DNA of 64,000 nt from Candidatus Zhuqueibacterota bacterium (GCA_034506395.1 JAPDPQ010000001.1:4435-68434), one strand, 5' to 3'; positions 7,742 to 17,262 are shown, counted from the stretch's first letter. The notes: generated from the letters alone by a model not told the origin. Numbers and translations are program-made.

Positions 7742-9187
7742 TTGTCTTTCCTTGGTGAAAATCAGATCGAAACGATCGCCCAAAAAATTGTGGAGATCAT
7801 TATTGGCAAGAGCTCAGTGCCGGACGCGGGTATAAGGAGTAGCTCGGTCTTTCGTTCAGGCTGGTTGGGGATTTTCCCCACCATCGATGAAGCCGTGACC
7901 GCGACTTCGATCGCTCAGCGGCAATTGACCAGCATGACGCTCCGAAAGCGAGATGAGATCATCGCCAGTATCCGAGCCATGATGCTGGAACATGCGCGGG
8001 AGTTGGCCGAATTCGCCGTTGCAGAGACAGGGTTGGGCCGCGTCGAAGATAAGATTGCCAAAAATAAATTGGTGAGCGAGAAGACGCCTGGGACAGAAGA
8101 TCTCTATCCGATTGCCCGATCTGGAGACCACGGGCTAAGCTTGTTCGAGCCAGCGCCTTATGGCGTTATTGGCGCCATCACGCCAATTACCAACCCCACT
8201 TCTACGATCATCTGCAACACGATCGGAATGGTTGCAGCGGGCAACGGGGTGGTTTTCAACGTTCATCCTGGGGCAAAAAACACCTCAATCCAAAATATCC
8301 ATTTAATAAACCAGGCTATTATCCAAGCTGGTGGGCCCGTGAATTTGGTCAGTGGCATAACCGAGCCAACAATTGCAACGGCACAGCAATTGATGCGCCA
8401 TCCTGGGATACGAATTTTGGTCATCACAGGCGGAGGTGCTGTGGTCCGAGAAGCGATGAACAGTGGCAAGCGAGCCATTTGCGCTGGGCCCGGCAATCCA
8501 CCTGTGGTAGTTGATGAAACCGCTGATTTGGAGCGCGCTGGCGAGTTCATCGTGAAAGGCGCATCGTTCGACAATAACATCATCTGTGTGGATGAAAAGG
8601 AACTCATCGTGGTTGAGGCAGTGGCAGACCAATTGCTCAGGATCATGCAGAACAAAGGGGCGATCTTGCTAAAACCCCAGCTTCTCCCCCAGCTCGAGCA
8701 ATTATTGTTCGAGAAAACGAACGGGCCGGCCAAGCCAGGGATGATAAATAAAAGCTTGATCGGCAAAAATGCCAATTTGATCCTCTCGAAATTGGGGCTA
8801 TCGGTCGATGATCGGATTCGATTGGCCGTCATCGAGGTCGATCGCACCCATCCGCTGGTCTGGACCGAACAGATGATGCCAATTTTGCCGATGGTGCGGG
8901 TGGCGAATGCGGATGAGGCAATCGATTTGGCAAAACAGGTAGAAGGTGGAAATTATCATACTGCGGTTATGTATTCCCGAAATCTGGACAATCTCAGCCG
9001 GATGGCCCGGGAAATTAACACGACAATTTTTGTGAAAAACGGTCCCGCCTATGCTGGATTAGGATTTGGCGGCGAGGGATACACTTCTTTTTCTATCGCC
9101 AGCCCAACGGGAGAGGGCTTAACAGGTCCGCGCAGTTTCTCAAGAGAGCGGCGTTGCGTGTTGGTAGATCATTTTCGGATCGTTTAA
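7742..9187 (+). CDS. CoA-acylating aldehyde dehydrogenase (EutE/PduP family) with an N-terminal encapsulation-peptide-like helix
   Basis: 481 aa with the ALDH core and catalytic Cys context FDNNIICVDEKELIV. N-terminal ENQIETIAQKIVEIIIGK (7754-7807) is an amphipathic helix followed by a linker. TTG start with GGAG 7 nt upstream; the first internal Met is already inside the conserved core. Confidence 0.9.
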   Translation: MSFLGENQIETIAQKIVEIIIGKSSVPDAGIRSSSVFRSGWLGIFPTIDEAVTATSIAQRQLTSMTLRKRDEIIASIRAMMLEHARELAEFAVAETGLGRVEDKIAKNKLVSEKTPGTEDLYPIARSGDHGLSLFEPAPYGVIGAITPITNPTSTIICNTIGMVAAGNGVVFNVHPGAKNTSIQNIHLINQAIIQAGGPVNLVSGITEPTIATAQQLMRHPGIRILVITGGGAVVREAMNSGKRAICAGPGNPPVVVDETADLERAGEFIVKGASFDNNIICVDEKELIVVEAVADQLLRIMQNKGAILLKPQLLPQLEQLLFEKTNGPAKPGMINKSLIGKNANLILSKLGLSVDDRIRLAVIEVDRTHPLVWTEQMMPILPMVRVANADEAIDLAKQVEGGNYHTAVMYSRNLDNLSRMAREINTTIFVKNGPAYAGLGFGGEGYTSFSIASPTGEGLTGPRSFSRERRCVLVDHFRIV

Positions 9188-9188
9188 T

Positions 9189-9812
9189 ATGAAACTATAC
9201 CCTGCAATTGCGCTGATCGAGTTTAGTAGCATTGCCACCGGAGTAATTGCTGGCGATGCGATGATCAAAAGAGCGCCGATTTCCATGTTAAAGGCTGGCA
9301 CGGTCAGCCGAGGAAAATATCTGGTGATGATTGCTGGTAGCACAGCAGCGGTCGAGGAATCTTATCGGGCTGGTCTAAGCGTCGGCGAAGCTGCGGTCAT
9401 CGATAAGGTTTTTCTGCCTGATGTGCATCCGCAGGTGCTCGACGCTATCCTTGGAGCAAGAAAAAAAATCAGCTCCGAGGCACTCGGGCTGATCGAAACC
9501 GCATCTATTGCCGCGACGATCGCCGCCGCTGATGCTGGCATCAAAGGGGCGATGGTCGATATCATCGAAATTCGGCTGGGCGACGCATTGGGCGGCAAGG
9601 CATTTGTGATGATGAACGGAACAGTCCACGACGTCACCGCTGCAGTTACCATTGGGCTGAAAGCGATCTCCAATGAAGCGCTTTGGCGCAATCATATCAT
9701 CATCCCATCGTTGCATCACGAAATGGCCCGTCAGATCGACCGTTCGAGCCGATTTGCCCTGGTAGAATATCAAAAATTAGCTGGAGACGAGAGCGAACAT
9801 GTTACTGGGTAA
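9189..9812 (+). CDS. BMC shell protein with tandem BMC domains (BMC-T, PduT-like topology, no Cys)
   Basis: Two BMC domains: IALIEFSSIATGVIAGDAMIKRAP..KYLVMIAGSTAAVEES and ALGLIETASIAATIAAADAGIKGA..GGKAFVMMNGTVHDVTAAV. Starts 1 nt after the AldDH stop. Confidence 0.85.
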   Translation: MKLYPAIALIEFSSIATGVIAGDAMIKRAPISMLKAGTVSRGKYLVMIAGSTAAVEESYRAGLSVGEAAVIDKVFLPDVHPQVLDAILGARKKISSEALGLIETASIAATIAAADAGIKGAMVDIIEIRLGDALGGKAFVMMNGTVHDVTAAVTIGLKAISNEALWRNHIIIPSLHHEMARQIDRSSRFALVEYQKLAGDESEHVTG

Positions 9813-10089
9813 AGTGATCGGCACTGTTACGCCCTGCGTGGTTTACCCCGGACTCGAAGGCGTTCCGCTTCTGCTGGTTCAGCCGCTGAGTAAAAACTCC
9901 AAAGCGGTCGGCAAGCCCATTGTCGCCTGCGATGCCACCCGAATGGCTGGTCCAGGAGAACTGATCTATTACGAGGGCGGCCGCGAGGCAGCGCTGGCAT
10001 TAGATCCCTGGTTCGTCCCAGTGGATCACACCATCATTGGCATTGTGGATGGCGTCCATCTAATCGATGAAAGCTCTCAGTCCGAGTGA
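9799..10089 (+). CDS. BMC vertex protein BMC-P (EutN/CcmL family), paralog 2
   Basis: MLLGKVIGTVTPCVVYPGLEGVPLLLVQPL..VACDATRMAGPGELIYYEGGREA. Overlaps the preceding BMC-T gene by 14 nt. Confidence 0.85.
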   Translation: MLLGKVIGTVTPCVVYPGLEGVPLLLVQPLSKNSKAVGKPIVACDATRMAGPGELIYYEGGREAALALDPWFVPVDHTIIGIVDGVHLIDESSQSE

Positions 10090-10319
10090 AATTCAACTCT
10101 TTCAACCTCGCAGACAGCAAGTTCCTGCTGCAAAATGTCAAAAAGAGGCTATATTTTCACGCCGGCGAAGGCAGGTATCTCAACATTCGGTTGACCTAAC
10201 GATCAGTTTAGAAGGAGGTTCCTGTGCGCAAGCCAGCGGACAGAAATGAGAGGGCTCAACCATAGCGCTTTTTGCAACAGAAACTCGCTAGCTAATTTGT
10301 TAGAATTGGAGAAAAAGTT

Positions 10320-10592
10320 GTGATTATCGGCAAAGTCGCTGGAGAAATCTACTCCACGATCAACCACAGTTTCTATGATCAAAAAAAACTGCTGATCGTG
10401 GACAAATTGGACCTAACTGGAACGCCCACAGGCGACTATTTGATCGCAGTAGATTCCGTCGATGCTGGGCTCGGTGAAACGGTATTGGTCATTGATGAAG
10501 GCAATTCGGCCCGACAGGTAGTAAGCGATCCCAATGCGCCAATCCGCTCAATCATTATCGGGATCATCGATGCCGTGCGCATTGAGAGGTGA
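10320..10592 (+). CDS. BMC vertex protein BMC-P (EutN/CcmL family), paralog 3
   Basis: IIGKVAGEIYSTINHSFYDQKKLLIVDKLD..IAVDSVDAGLGETVLVIDEGNSARQ. GTG start with GGAGA 8 nt upstream. Confidence 0.85.
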   Translation: MIIGKVAGEIYSTINHSFYDQKKLLIVDKLDLTGTPTGDYLIAVDSVDAGLGETVLVIDEGNSARQVVSDPNAPIRSIIIGIIDAVRIER

Positions 10593-10840
10593 CTTCAATT
10601 CAAGAGCGAGATAGCAGCGTTCATCCTCCGTTCGCCGTTCCTTCGGTCCTCGCTCAAGCCAGTCGCTTCAGGTTGTCAAATTTATATCGATGCAAAGGAT
10701 GAAATATTTGACGAGCTCAAAGAGATTTGCTTTTACGATTTTGGGCCCTATTTGCATTCTTTCAGAAAAGCGTTATATTTAATTGATCGTTATTTAATCT
10801 TATTTCGAATTGCTAATCGAACCAAGCGTAGAAAGATTAT

Positions 10841-11527
10841 ATGGCGAATGAATGGCAATTGCGACGGGAGATCGTCGCGATTGGCAAAAAGGCTTACGAA
10901 CGCGGGCTGGTGACGGCCACAGATGGGAATATCAGCGTGCGAGTCATGGGAGATCGTTTTCTGATCACACCGAGCGGCAGTTGCCTCGGAGAATTGGCAC
11001 CCGAACAATTGGTTTATGTCGATTTTGAAGGCAAGACATTATCTGGCGGTAAGCCAACTGGAGAGCTGGCCATGCACCTGGCTGCTTATCGAGAGCGGCC
11101 AGACATCCATGCCGTCTTGCATGCACACCCACCAATTACCACGGGCTTTACCATCGCTGGCGAATCACTGGCGCAATGCGTCATCCCCGAGGTTGTGGTG
11201 ATCTTCGGGACCATCCCTACTACGGAATATGCCACTATTTCAACTGAAGAGGGTGCCAAAGTCATTCGGGAATTGATCCGCGACCATGATGCTTTGATAT
11301 TGGATCGGCATGGGACAATTACAGTGGGAAAAACCCTCATCGACGCATATCGCAAACTCGAGAAGGTCGAATATGCCGCCCAGGTCACCCTGGTTGCCAA
11401 ACAATTGGGCAAAGTGAAAACCTTATCGCGTGAACAAATTCAAAAATTGGAAGCCGTCAGGCAAAAATATGGCTATCAGGGCCGAAAATCGCTATGCGAG
11501 GCATGTGGCCTCTGCAATATTTCATGA
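10841..11527 (+). CDS. Class II (metal-dependent) aldolase/adducin-family protein (FucA/RhaD/DrdA/MtnB-like) with a C-terminal helix and CxxCxxC tail
   Basis: GLVTATDGNISVR..ELAMHLAAYRERPDIHAVLHAHPP..ILDRHGTITVGKTL gives the His metal ligands of class II aldolases. The tail is LSREQIQKLEAVRQKYGYQGRKSLCEACGLCNIS. Confidence 0.85.
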   Translation: MANEWQLRREIVAIGKKAYERGLVTATDGNISVRVMGDRFLITPSGSCLGELAPEQLVYVDFEGKTLSGGKPTGELAMHLAAYRERPDIHAVLHAHPPITTGFTIAGESLAQCVIPEVVVIFGTIPTTEYATISTEEGAKVIRELIRDHDALILDRHGTITVGKTLIDAYRKLEKVEYAAQVTLVAKQLGKVKTLSREQIQKLEAVRQKYGYQGRKSLCEACGLCNIS

Positions 11528-11694
11528 AATCAGTCAGCGCTGACGACTTCATCCAATTGAATTAAAGCATCGACAAATTGCCGTGATCGCCAATTGCGCG
11601 AATTGACCCAATTAACCCAATTTTGCTATTCGCCAAATTAGCTTTATTCGTTTGAATTCGCTGTTTTATTCTATATCCCATCGCGCCAATCCAG

Positions 11695-12588
11695 ATGAAG
11701 GAGAACAAATTTTTGACTGCAAATCAGCAAGAACCGATCCAATCCACATACGACTGTATCCCCTGTGCTATCGGGAGCCTGATCACTCTATTTAAAAAAG
11801 GACTGGTTTCAGAAAGGGATCAGGAAATCGCCATGCGAGCATTATTGCGTTATCTCAGCACCATTGATTTCCATCAATCCCCTCCCCAAATCGGTCAACA
11901 GATGCAACGGATCATTCGACACGTGCTCAATAATCCTGATCCGTATTTAGAAATCAAACAGCAATTCAATCGCTTGCTTCTCGATCATTACGTTGAATTA
12001 AAAGCATGGGTGGACCAGGCGGCAGATCCATTTCAGATGGCATTGCGATTGTCCATCGCTGGAAACGTGATCGATTTCGGTCCGAATCAACGCTTTGATG
12101 TCCACCAAACATTGGAACGGGCAAAGACTATTGTCCTGGCGATCGATGATTCAGAGCCTTTGCGCCAGGCCATCTCGAAAGCAACGCTACTTCTCTATTT
12201 GGGAGATAATGCTGGCGAAATCGTGTTGGATCGTATTTTCCTGGAAACGATTAACCATCCCAATGTCTATTTTGCTGTTCGCAGTGCGCCCATCATCAAT
12301 GACGCATTGCTGGAAGACGCAATCATGGTAGGAATCGACAAAATTGCCCATGTCATCACCAATGGGGATGATGCGCCTGGGACAATCTTAGAGAACACCT
12401 CAGCCCAATTTAAGACAATTTTTGACCAAGCGGATCTGATCATTTCAAAAGGCCAGGGCAATTATGAGGGTCTTAGCTGCGTTGATAAAAATATCTTCTT
12501 TTTGCTAATGACCAAATGCGAGCATGTCGCTAATCATCTTGGAGTAAAAAAAGGTGATTTTGTGGTGAAACAAGGACAAGGTTGTTGA
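11695..12588 (+). CDS. DUF89 (ARMT1-like) metal-dependent phosphatase family protein
   Basis: YLGDNAGEIVLDRIFLE and IISKGQGNYEGLS match the DUF89 signature blocks as I remember them. N-terminal CIPCAIGS. Confidence 0.7.
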   Translation: MKENKFLTANQQEPIQSTYDCIPCAIGSLITLFKKGLVSERDQEIAMRALLRYLSTIDFHQSPPQIGQQMQRIIRHVLNNPDPYLEIKQQFNRLLLDHYVELKAWVDQAADPFQMALRLSIAGNVIDFGPNQRFDVHQTLERAKTIVLAIDDSEPLRQAISKATLLLYLGDNAGEIVLDRIFLETINHPNVYFAVRSAPIINDALLEDAIMVGIDKIAHVITNGDDAPGTILENTSAQFKTIFDQADLIISKGQGNYEGLSCVDKNIFFLLMTKCEHVANHLGVKKGDFVVKQGQGC

Positions 12589-12795
12589 GTTAAACTGTGT
12601 TAAAATTCTTGATGATCATTGCATGAGGGTTCTACAATTGAATCCATTCGAATTTTGCTCGTCGCTGCTAAAAAAGTTTAGGAATCCGTTTTGTCTCATT
12701 CATCGATGTACGCATTGATTTTATTCATAAATTAACAGATGAGCTGTTGAAAATAGCTTTTTGTATTTTGCAGAAATTCCTCAAATGTACAAGCA

Positions 12796-13623
12796 ATGGA
12801 GAAACCCATGTATCCAGTTCTTTTTAGATTTGGTGCCTTTGAGCTCCGCAGCTACGGTCTCGCTCTGGCGCTGAGCGTGGCGCTGGGAATTTGGATTTCT
12901 TTGAAGCGAGCGCCTCGCTATGGAGTCAAAAAAGAAACGATTCTCGATCTGGCTGTGATCATTATGCTGGCAGCGATCATTGGCAGTCGATTCTGGTATG
13001 TGATCTATCATATTGATGAATTTCGCGGGCATTGGTTCGATACCATCAACCCGTTTCAGGGTGGCACGATCGGGATTGCTGGTTTATCCATGGTCGGCGG
13101 GGTGGTTTTGGCAATTCTTTCGGCGCTGGTCTACGCGATGGTCAAGAAATTGGACTTTCTGAAGTTGGGCGATACCATCGCCCCAGTTTTTTTACTTGGC
13201 GAAGGGATCGTCCGCGCTGGTGGCTGCTTTCTGAACGGCTGTTGTTTCGGTCGCCCTACCGATAGCCCGCTGGGCATTGTTTTTCCTCCAGAGGGCGTGG
13301 CTGGTTCGCTGTTCCCTCACACGCATCTTTGGCCTGCCCAACTGTTCGCCTCTGCATTGGGTTTCATTGGATTTGCCCTCGCCCTCTGGCTTGATCGAAA
13401 ATCCAAATTCAAAGGATTTACCTTTTGGCTGGTGTTCGGGTATTATGCAATCGATCGGTTCATCGTAGATCAATTTCGCTATTATGAATCACCTCAAGTA
13501 TTAGCCACATTAGGGCCGATCACTTTTAACGCGAATCATTTGTTGCTGGCCGGATTGTTTATTTTCAGCGTCTTTTTCTTCATTCGAGGCTGGCGCCAGC
13601 AGCAGAGGTCAGAGAGAAAATAG
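12796..13623 (+). CDS. lgt: Prolipoprotein diacylglyceryl transferase
   Basis: YPVLFRFGAFELRSYGLALALSVALGIWI..GRPTDSPLGIVFP; multi-TM Lgt pattern. The start could be ATG 12808 instead. Confidence 0.85.
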   Translation: MEKPMYPVLFRFGAFELRSYGLALALSVALGIWISLKRAPRYGVKKETILDLAVIIMLAAIIGSRFWYVIYHIDEFRGHWFDTINPFQGGTIGIAGLSMVGGVVLAILSALVYAMVKKLDFLKLGDTIAPVFLLGEGIVRAGGCFLNGCCFGRPTDSPLGIVFPPEGVAGSLFPHTHLWPAQLFASALGFIGFALALWLDRKSKFKGFTFWLVFGYYAIDRFIVDQFRYYESPQVLATLGPITFNANHLLLAGLFIFSVFFFIRGWRQQQRSERK

Positions 13624-14628
13624 ATTGATGTGTTCCTGAGTTCGCTCGACTTGATGGAACGCATCCTGTTGTGACCTAACACAAAATCAAAAAAGTTCTT
13701 TCGATGAATTGAATGGGGGACAAGATGAATTGAAATGGCTCAAGGCTGCAACTTTCTTAATTTTCGCTTGGGCACCTTCTTCTTGTACCCTCTTTCTGAC
13801 ATCTTCAATTTACGATCGAATGATTTCTTTCATGAACGCAATGGCAAAATTAGTAGCTCTGAAAAATTTAAATTGCATCCCTGGCATGATCTATGCCCCA
13901 AAGAAAGCTTCATCCTCATCAAATGGCCATTGTCTTCAATTTAATATTGATCGATCATTTTGACTGAGCATTCAATCGTAAAAAGTGATATTCAAAAAGA
14001 ATTTTTCTGCCTGCATAATCTATCTGTGAAAATCAATTTATTGAGCATCTATTGGGTTTTGATCGTCACGACCCATTTGAAAATTTCTAATGAAGCAGCC
14101 TTATTTATCGCCCACAGCTTTTATGGCCCGAACATCAAAATTTGGAATTTAACCTTATTGGCTTATTTCTTGGCTGTTTGAAGATTTTGATCTCCATCCT
14201 CGATATGATAGTCAGCTTTCGAAAACAAAAATAAGGTGCTTTGATTTCACCCGACATGCTATAGCTTCTCCATGTTGCGGATTTGCTTTATCCAGCCACT
14301 AACAATTTTAGGCAGCCAAAGCGCATTTTATCCTATTTCTGGGGAAATCAGCCGAGCAGAGGATTCTGAGAGTAGACACTTTTGGCTCTAGATCCGATTA
14401 GCTTGAAACATTGGGGCGAATGGATGAGCTTCATTGATTTTGATAAATAGCATGCTGAGAATTGCATCCATTGACATGGAATCAACATTGAAAACAATTT
14501 CTGCTGAAGATCTCTCCTCCTTAAAAATTTCAATTTTTCTCGCCCACGGCTGAGTCAAATTATGTGGATATGTGAAGATATGTTTCAATCCTACAAAGCA
14601 GGTGCTAATAATTAGCTGGCAACCAAAG

Positions 14629-15504
14629 CTACATTTTGCGGCATACAATGCAAACATACGGAATGGTGAGGTGCAAAGCGCCGTTCATATGAGCAATGCG
14701 ATTCAATTTTTGTTCAACAATTTCAAACACAGGCTTTCGATCTTCTGGAGAAAGGATCTTTTCCCAACTTTCTAAAAACGCAAGCTTGATGAAGAAATGA
14801 CCGAACATGGCACTGCCATCCAAAAAACTCATCGAAAAATGATCTTCATGAATTTTCTTGATGCGAAAACCTGCAGTGGTGATCATTTTCAGCGTCTGAT
14901 GAAGGGGTCTGCGTTTTTCATGAATATGTTTGTGCATCTCGTCAATTTCCCGCCGCTTTCCCATCTCGCTTAAGGTTTGTTCGAAAATTTGATAAAACTC
15001 CTTCATGGTTCCTGGAAGGTTGACAGTAAGAATAAATTGGGCGTGAGGCTGGCTCACCCGTGCACATTCTGCCAAAACAGCCTCAGGATCGGACACATTA
15101 TTGATCCCATTATTGGACACGATCAAATGAAAAAAGAGAGCGGGAAAAGGCAAATGTTCTCCCAGTGCTTGGATTAAAGCGACATTGGATAGGGCTTGAC
15201 CGTGAGCCTTTAATTGAGCTCGCTTTAGAGCGGCGAACCATGGGTCAATCCCATAAATTTGACATGAGGCACCCATCCGATTGGCCAATTCGATCAATGG
15301 GAAGCCCGCTCCACAGCCGAGATCCAGTACATTCATCTTCGGCTTCATCAAAACGCTATCTAAAAGTCTCAATCCGAATGGCGCAGACCACAATGGGAGA
15401 TCATCCAGAATCGAAACGAGCAATGGATCGTTTGAATCGAACTTCTGACTGACATAATTGTGCATGATTGAGATCCCGTGGTTCGTTGATTTTTTGAATA
15501 TCAC
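14629..15504 (-). CDS. Class I SAM-dependent methyltransferase
   Basis: VLDLGCGAGFPLIELANRMG is the SAM-binding motif I. The start is uncertain: GTG 15504 or ATG 15465. Confidence 0.7.
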   Translation of the reverse strand: MIFKKSTNHGISIMHNYVSQKFDSNDPLLVSILDDLPLWSAPFGLRLLDSVLMKPKMNVLDLGCGAGFPLIELANRMGASCQIYGIDPWFAALKRAQLKAHGQALSNVALIQALGEHLPFPALFFHLIVSNNGINNVSDPEAVLAECARVSQPHAQFILTVNLPGTMKEFYQIFEQTLSEMGKRREIDEMHKHIHEKRRPLHQTLKMITTAGFRIKKIHEDHFSMSFLDGSAMFGHFFIKLAFLESWEKILSPEDRKPVFEIVEQKLNRIAHMNGALHLTIPYVCIVCRKM

Positions 15505-15642
15505 GATGAGTGATGCGCAGCAGGATCGAAGATCAGCTGCGAGGAATCTTTTATTGCTGGGGAACCCATAAGTTGCCCATCAGTAGAATAGTAAAACTTT
15601 AAATAAATTGCAACCATTATTTAACAATAGGAGTGATTCAGC

Positions 15643-17262
15643 ATGAAAAATTTTCTCCTCGTTGCCCTGGTACTCATGTTTTCACAACTTTTCTCTCCCC
15701 AAACAATTTTTTCCTGTACCAATTATTTGATCACCAAAGGTGCCGCTGTCGATGGCTCGACCATGATCACCTATGCCGCTGATTCGCATGAGCTCTATGG
15801 TGAATTATATTTCACGCCTGCTGCCGATCATCTTCCTGGCACGCTGCTCGATATTTACGAATGGGACACGGGCAAATTTTTAGGCCGGATCAAACAGGTG
15901 GCTCACACATATGCGGTTGTAGGCAACATGAACGAACATCAGGTCTCTATTGGGGAAACAACCTGGGGTGGTCGCGAGGAATTGAAGGATCCAAAAGCCA
16001 TCATGGATTACGGGAGTTTGATGTACATTGCCCTGCAGCGCGCAAAAACCGCCCGCGAAGCCATCAAAGTGATCGCGGATCTCGTTGCTGAGTATGGCTA
16101 CTATAGCTCGGGCGAATCGTTCTCTATCGCCGATCCCAATGAGGTCTGGATCATGGAGATCATCAGCAAAGGACCGAACAACAAAGGGGCGGTCTGGGTC
16201 GCTCGTAAGGTGCCCGATGGCTACATTTGCGCTCACGCCAACCAAGCTCGCATTCGGCAATTTCCATTGAATGATAAAGAGAACTGCCTTTATTCCCCTG
16301 ATGTGATCTCCTTTGCGCGCGAAAAGGGCTATTTTACAGGCGAGGACAAAGATTTCAGTTTTGCAGACGCTTACGCCCCCCTGGATTATAGTGCCTTGCG
16401 ATTCTGCGAAGCGCGAGTATGGAGCATGTTCCGACGTGCAGCCCCATCGTTGAACCTGTCGATCGATTACGTAAAGGGAGTGAAAGGCGCTGAGCCATTG
16501 CCATTATGGATTAAGCCTGATAAAAAACTTTCAGTCCACGATGTTATGGAATTGATGCGCGATCATTTTGAAGGAACCGAATTCGACATGACCAAAGATG
16601 TGGGGGCAGGGCCCTTTCAGCTTCCATACCGCTGGCGTCCGCTCACTTGGAAGGTCGATACCGTTACCTATTGTAACGAACGCGCAGTTTCGACTCAGCA
16701 GACCGGCTTTTCTTTTGTAGCCCAAGCGCGCTCGTGGTTGCCAGACCCAATCGGCGGCGTATTGTGGTTCGGCGTCGATGATACCTATAGCACAGTCTAT
16801 GTTCCCATGTATTGTGGAATTAAACAAGTCCCTCATAGCTTTGCAGTAGGCACTGGATCATTCGATGAATTTAGCTGGGAATCGGCTTTCTGGGTGTTCA
16901 ATTTCGTGGCCAACTATGCATATTCCCGATACAGCGATATGATCAAGGATATCCAAAAGGTGCAGCGTGAGCTGGAGGGAAAATTTTTCGCCGATCAATC
17001 GGAAATCGAAGCTGCTGCGCTGGCGTTATACAAACAATCGCCACAACTGGCCCGAGATTATTTGACCGAATATTCGGTAAAGCAAGGCGATGCCACGGTC
17101 CAGCGCTGGAAAAAATTGGGCGAATTCCTCCTGTATAAATATCTCGATGGAAATGTGAAAAATGAGCTGGGAAAAGTCACCCATCCCGGCTATCCTGAAT
17201 CCTGGTATCGCCGCATCGTTAACGAAACTGGCGAACATTTTAAAATGAAATCACTGCAATGA
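15643..17262 (+). CDS. Secreted C69-family dipeptidase
   Basis: Signal peptide, then the nucleophile Cys in FSCTNYLITKGAAVDGSTMITYAADS, which is typical of the mature N-terminus of peptidase family C69. Confidence 0.8.
   Translation: MKNFLLVALVLMFSQLFSPQTIFSCTNYLITKGAAVDGSTMITYAADSHELYGELYFTPAADHLPGTLLDIYEWDTGKFLGRIKQVAHTYAVVGNMNEHQVSIGETTWGGREELKDPKAIMDYGSLMYIALQRAKTAREAIKVIADLVAEYGYYSSGESFSIADPNEVWIMEIISKGPNNKGAVWVARKVPDGYICAHANQARIRQFPLNDKENCLYSPDVISFAREKGYFTGEDKDFSFADAYAPLDYSALRFCEARVWSMFRRAAPSLNLSIDYVKGVKGAEPLPLWIKPDKKLSVHDVMELMRDHFEGTEFDMTKDVGAGPFQLPYRWRPLTWKVDTVTYCNERAVSTQQTGFSFVAQARSWLPDPIGGVLWFGVDDTYSTVYVPMYCGIKQVPHSFAVGTGSFDEFSWESAFWVFNFVANYAYSRYSDMIKDIQKVQRELEGKFFADQSEIEAAALALYKQSPQLARDYLTEYSVKQGDATVQRWKKLGEFLLYKYLDGNVKNELGKVTHPGYPESWYRRIVNETGEHFKMKSLQ

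Noticed and set aside
9189-9812. Possibility that the PduT-like BMC-T carries the 4Fe-4S pore cluster known from PduT
   Set aside because: The translated protein contains no cysteine at all, so a cluster-binding pore is excluded.
10224-10265. 13-codon micro-ORF (GTG..TAG, MRKPADRNERAQP) with a strong GAAGGAGG Shine-Dalgarno in the gap between BMC-P2 and BMC-P3. The overlapping 60-aa track ORF 10067..10249 was also considered.
   Set aside because: It is too short to evaluate without conservation or ribosome-profiling data. The 60-aa ORF has an Arg/Gln-rich, junk-like translation. I kept it only as a note because the 230-nt gap inside an otherwise tightly packed operon is unexplained.
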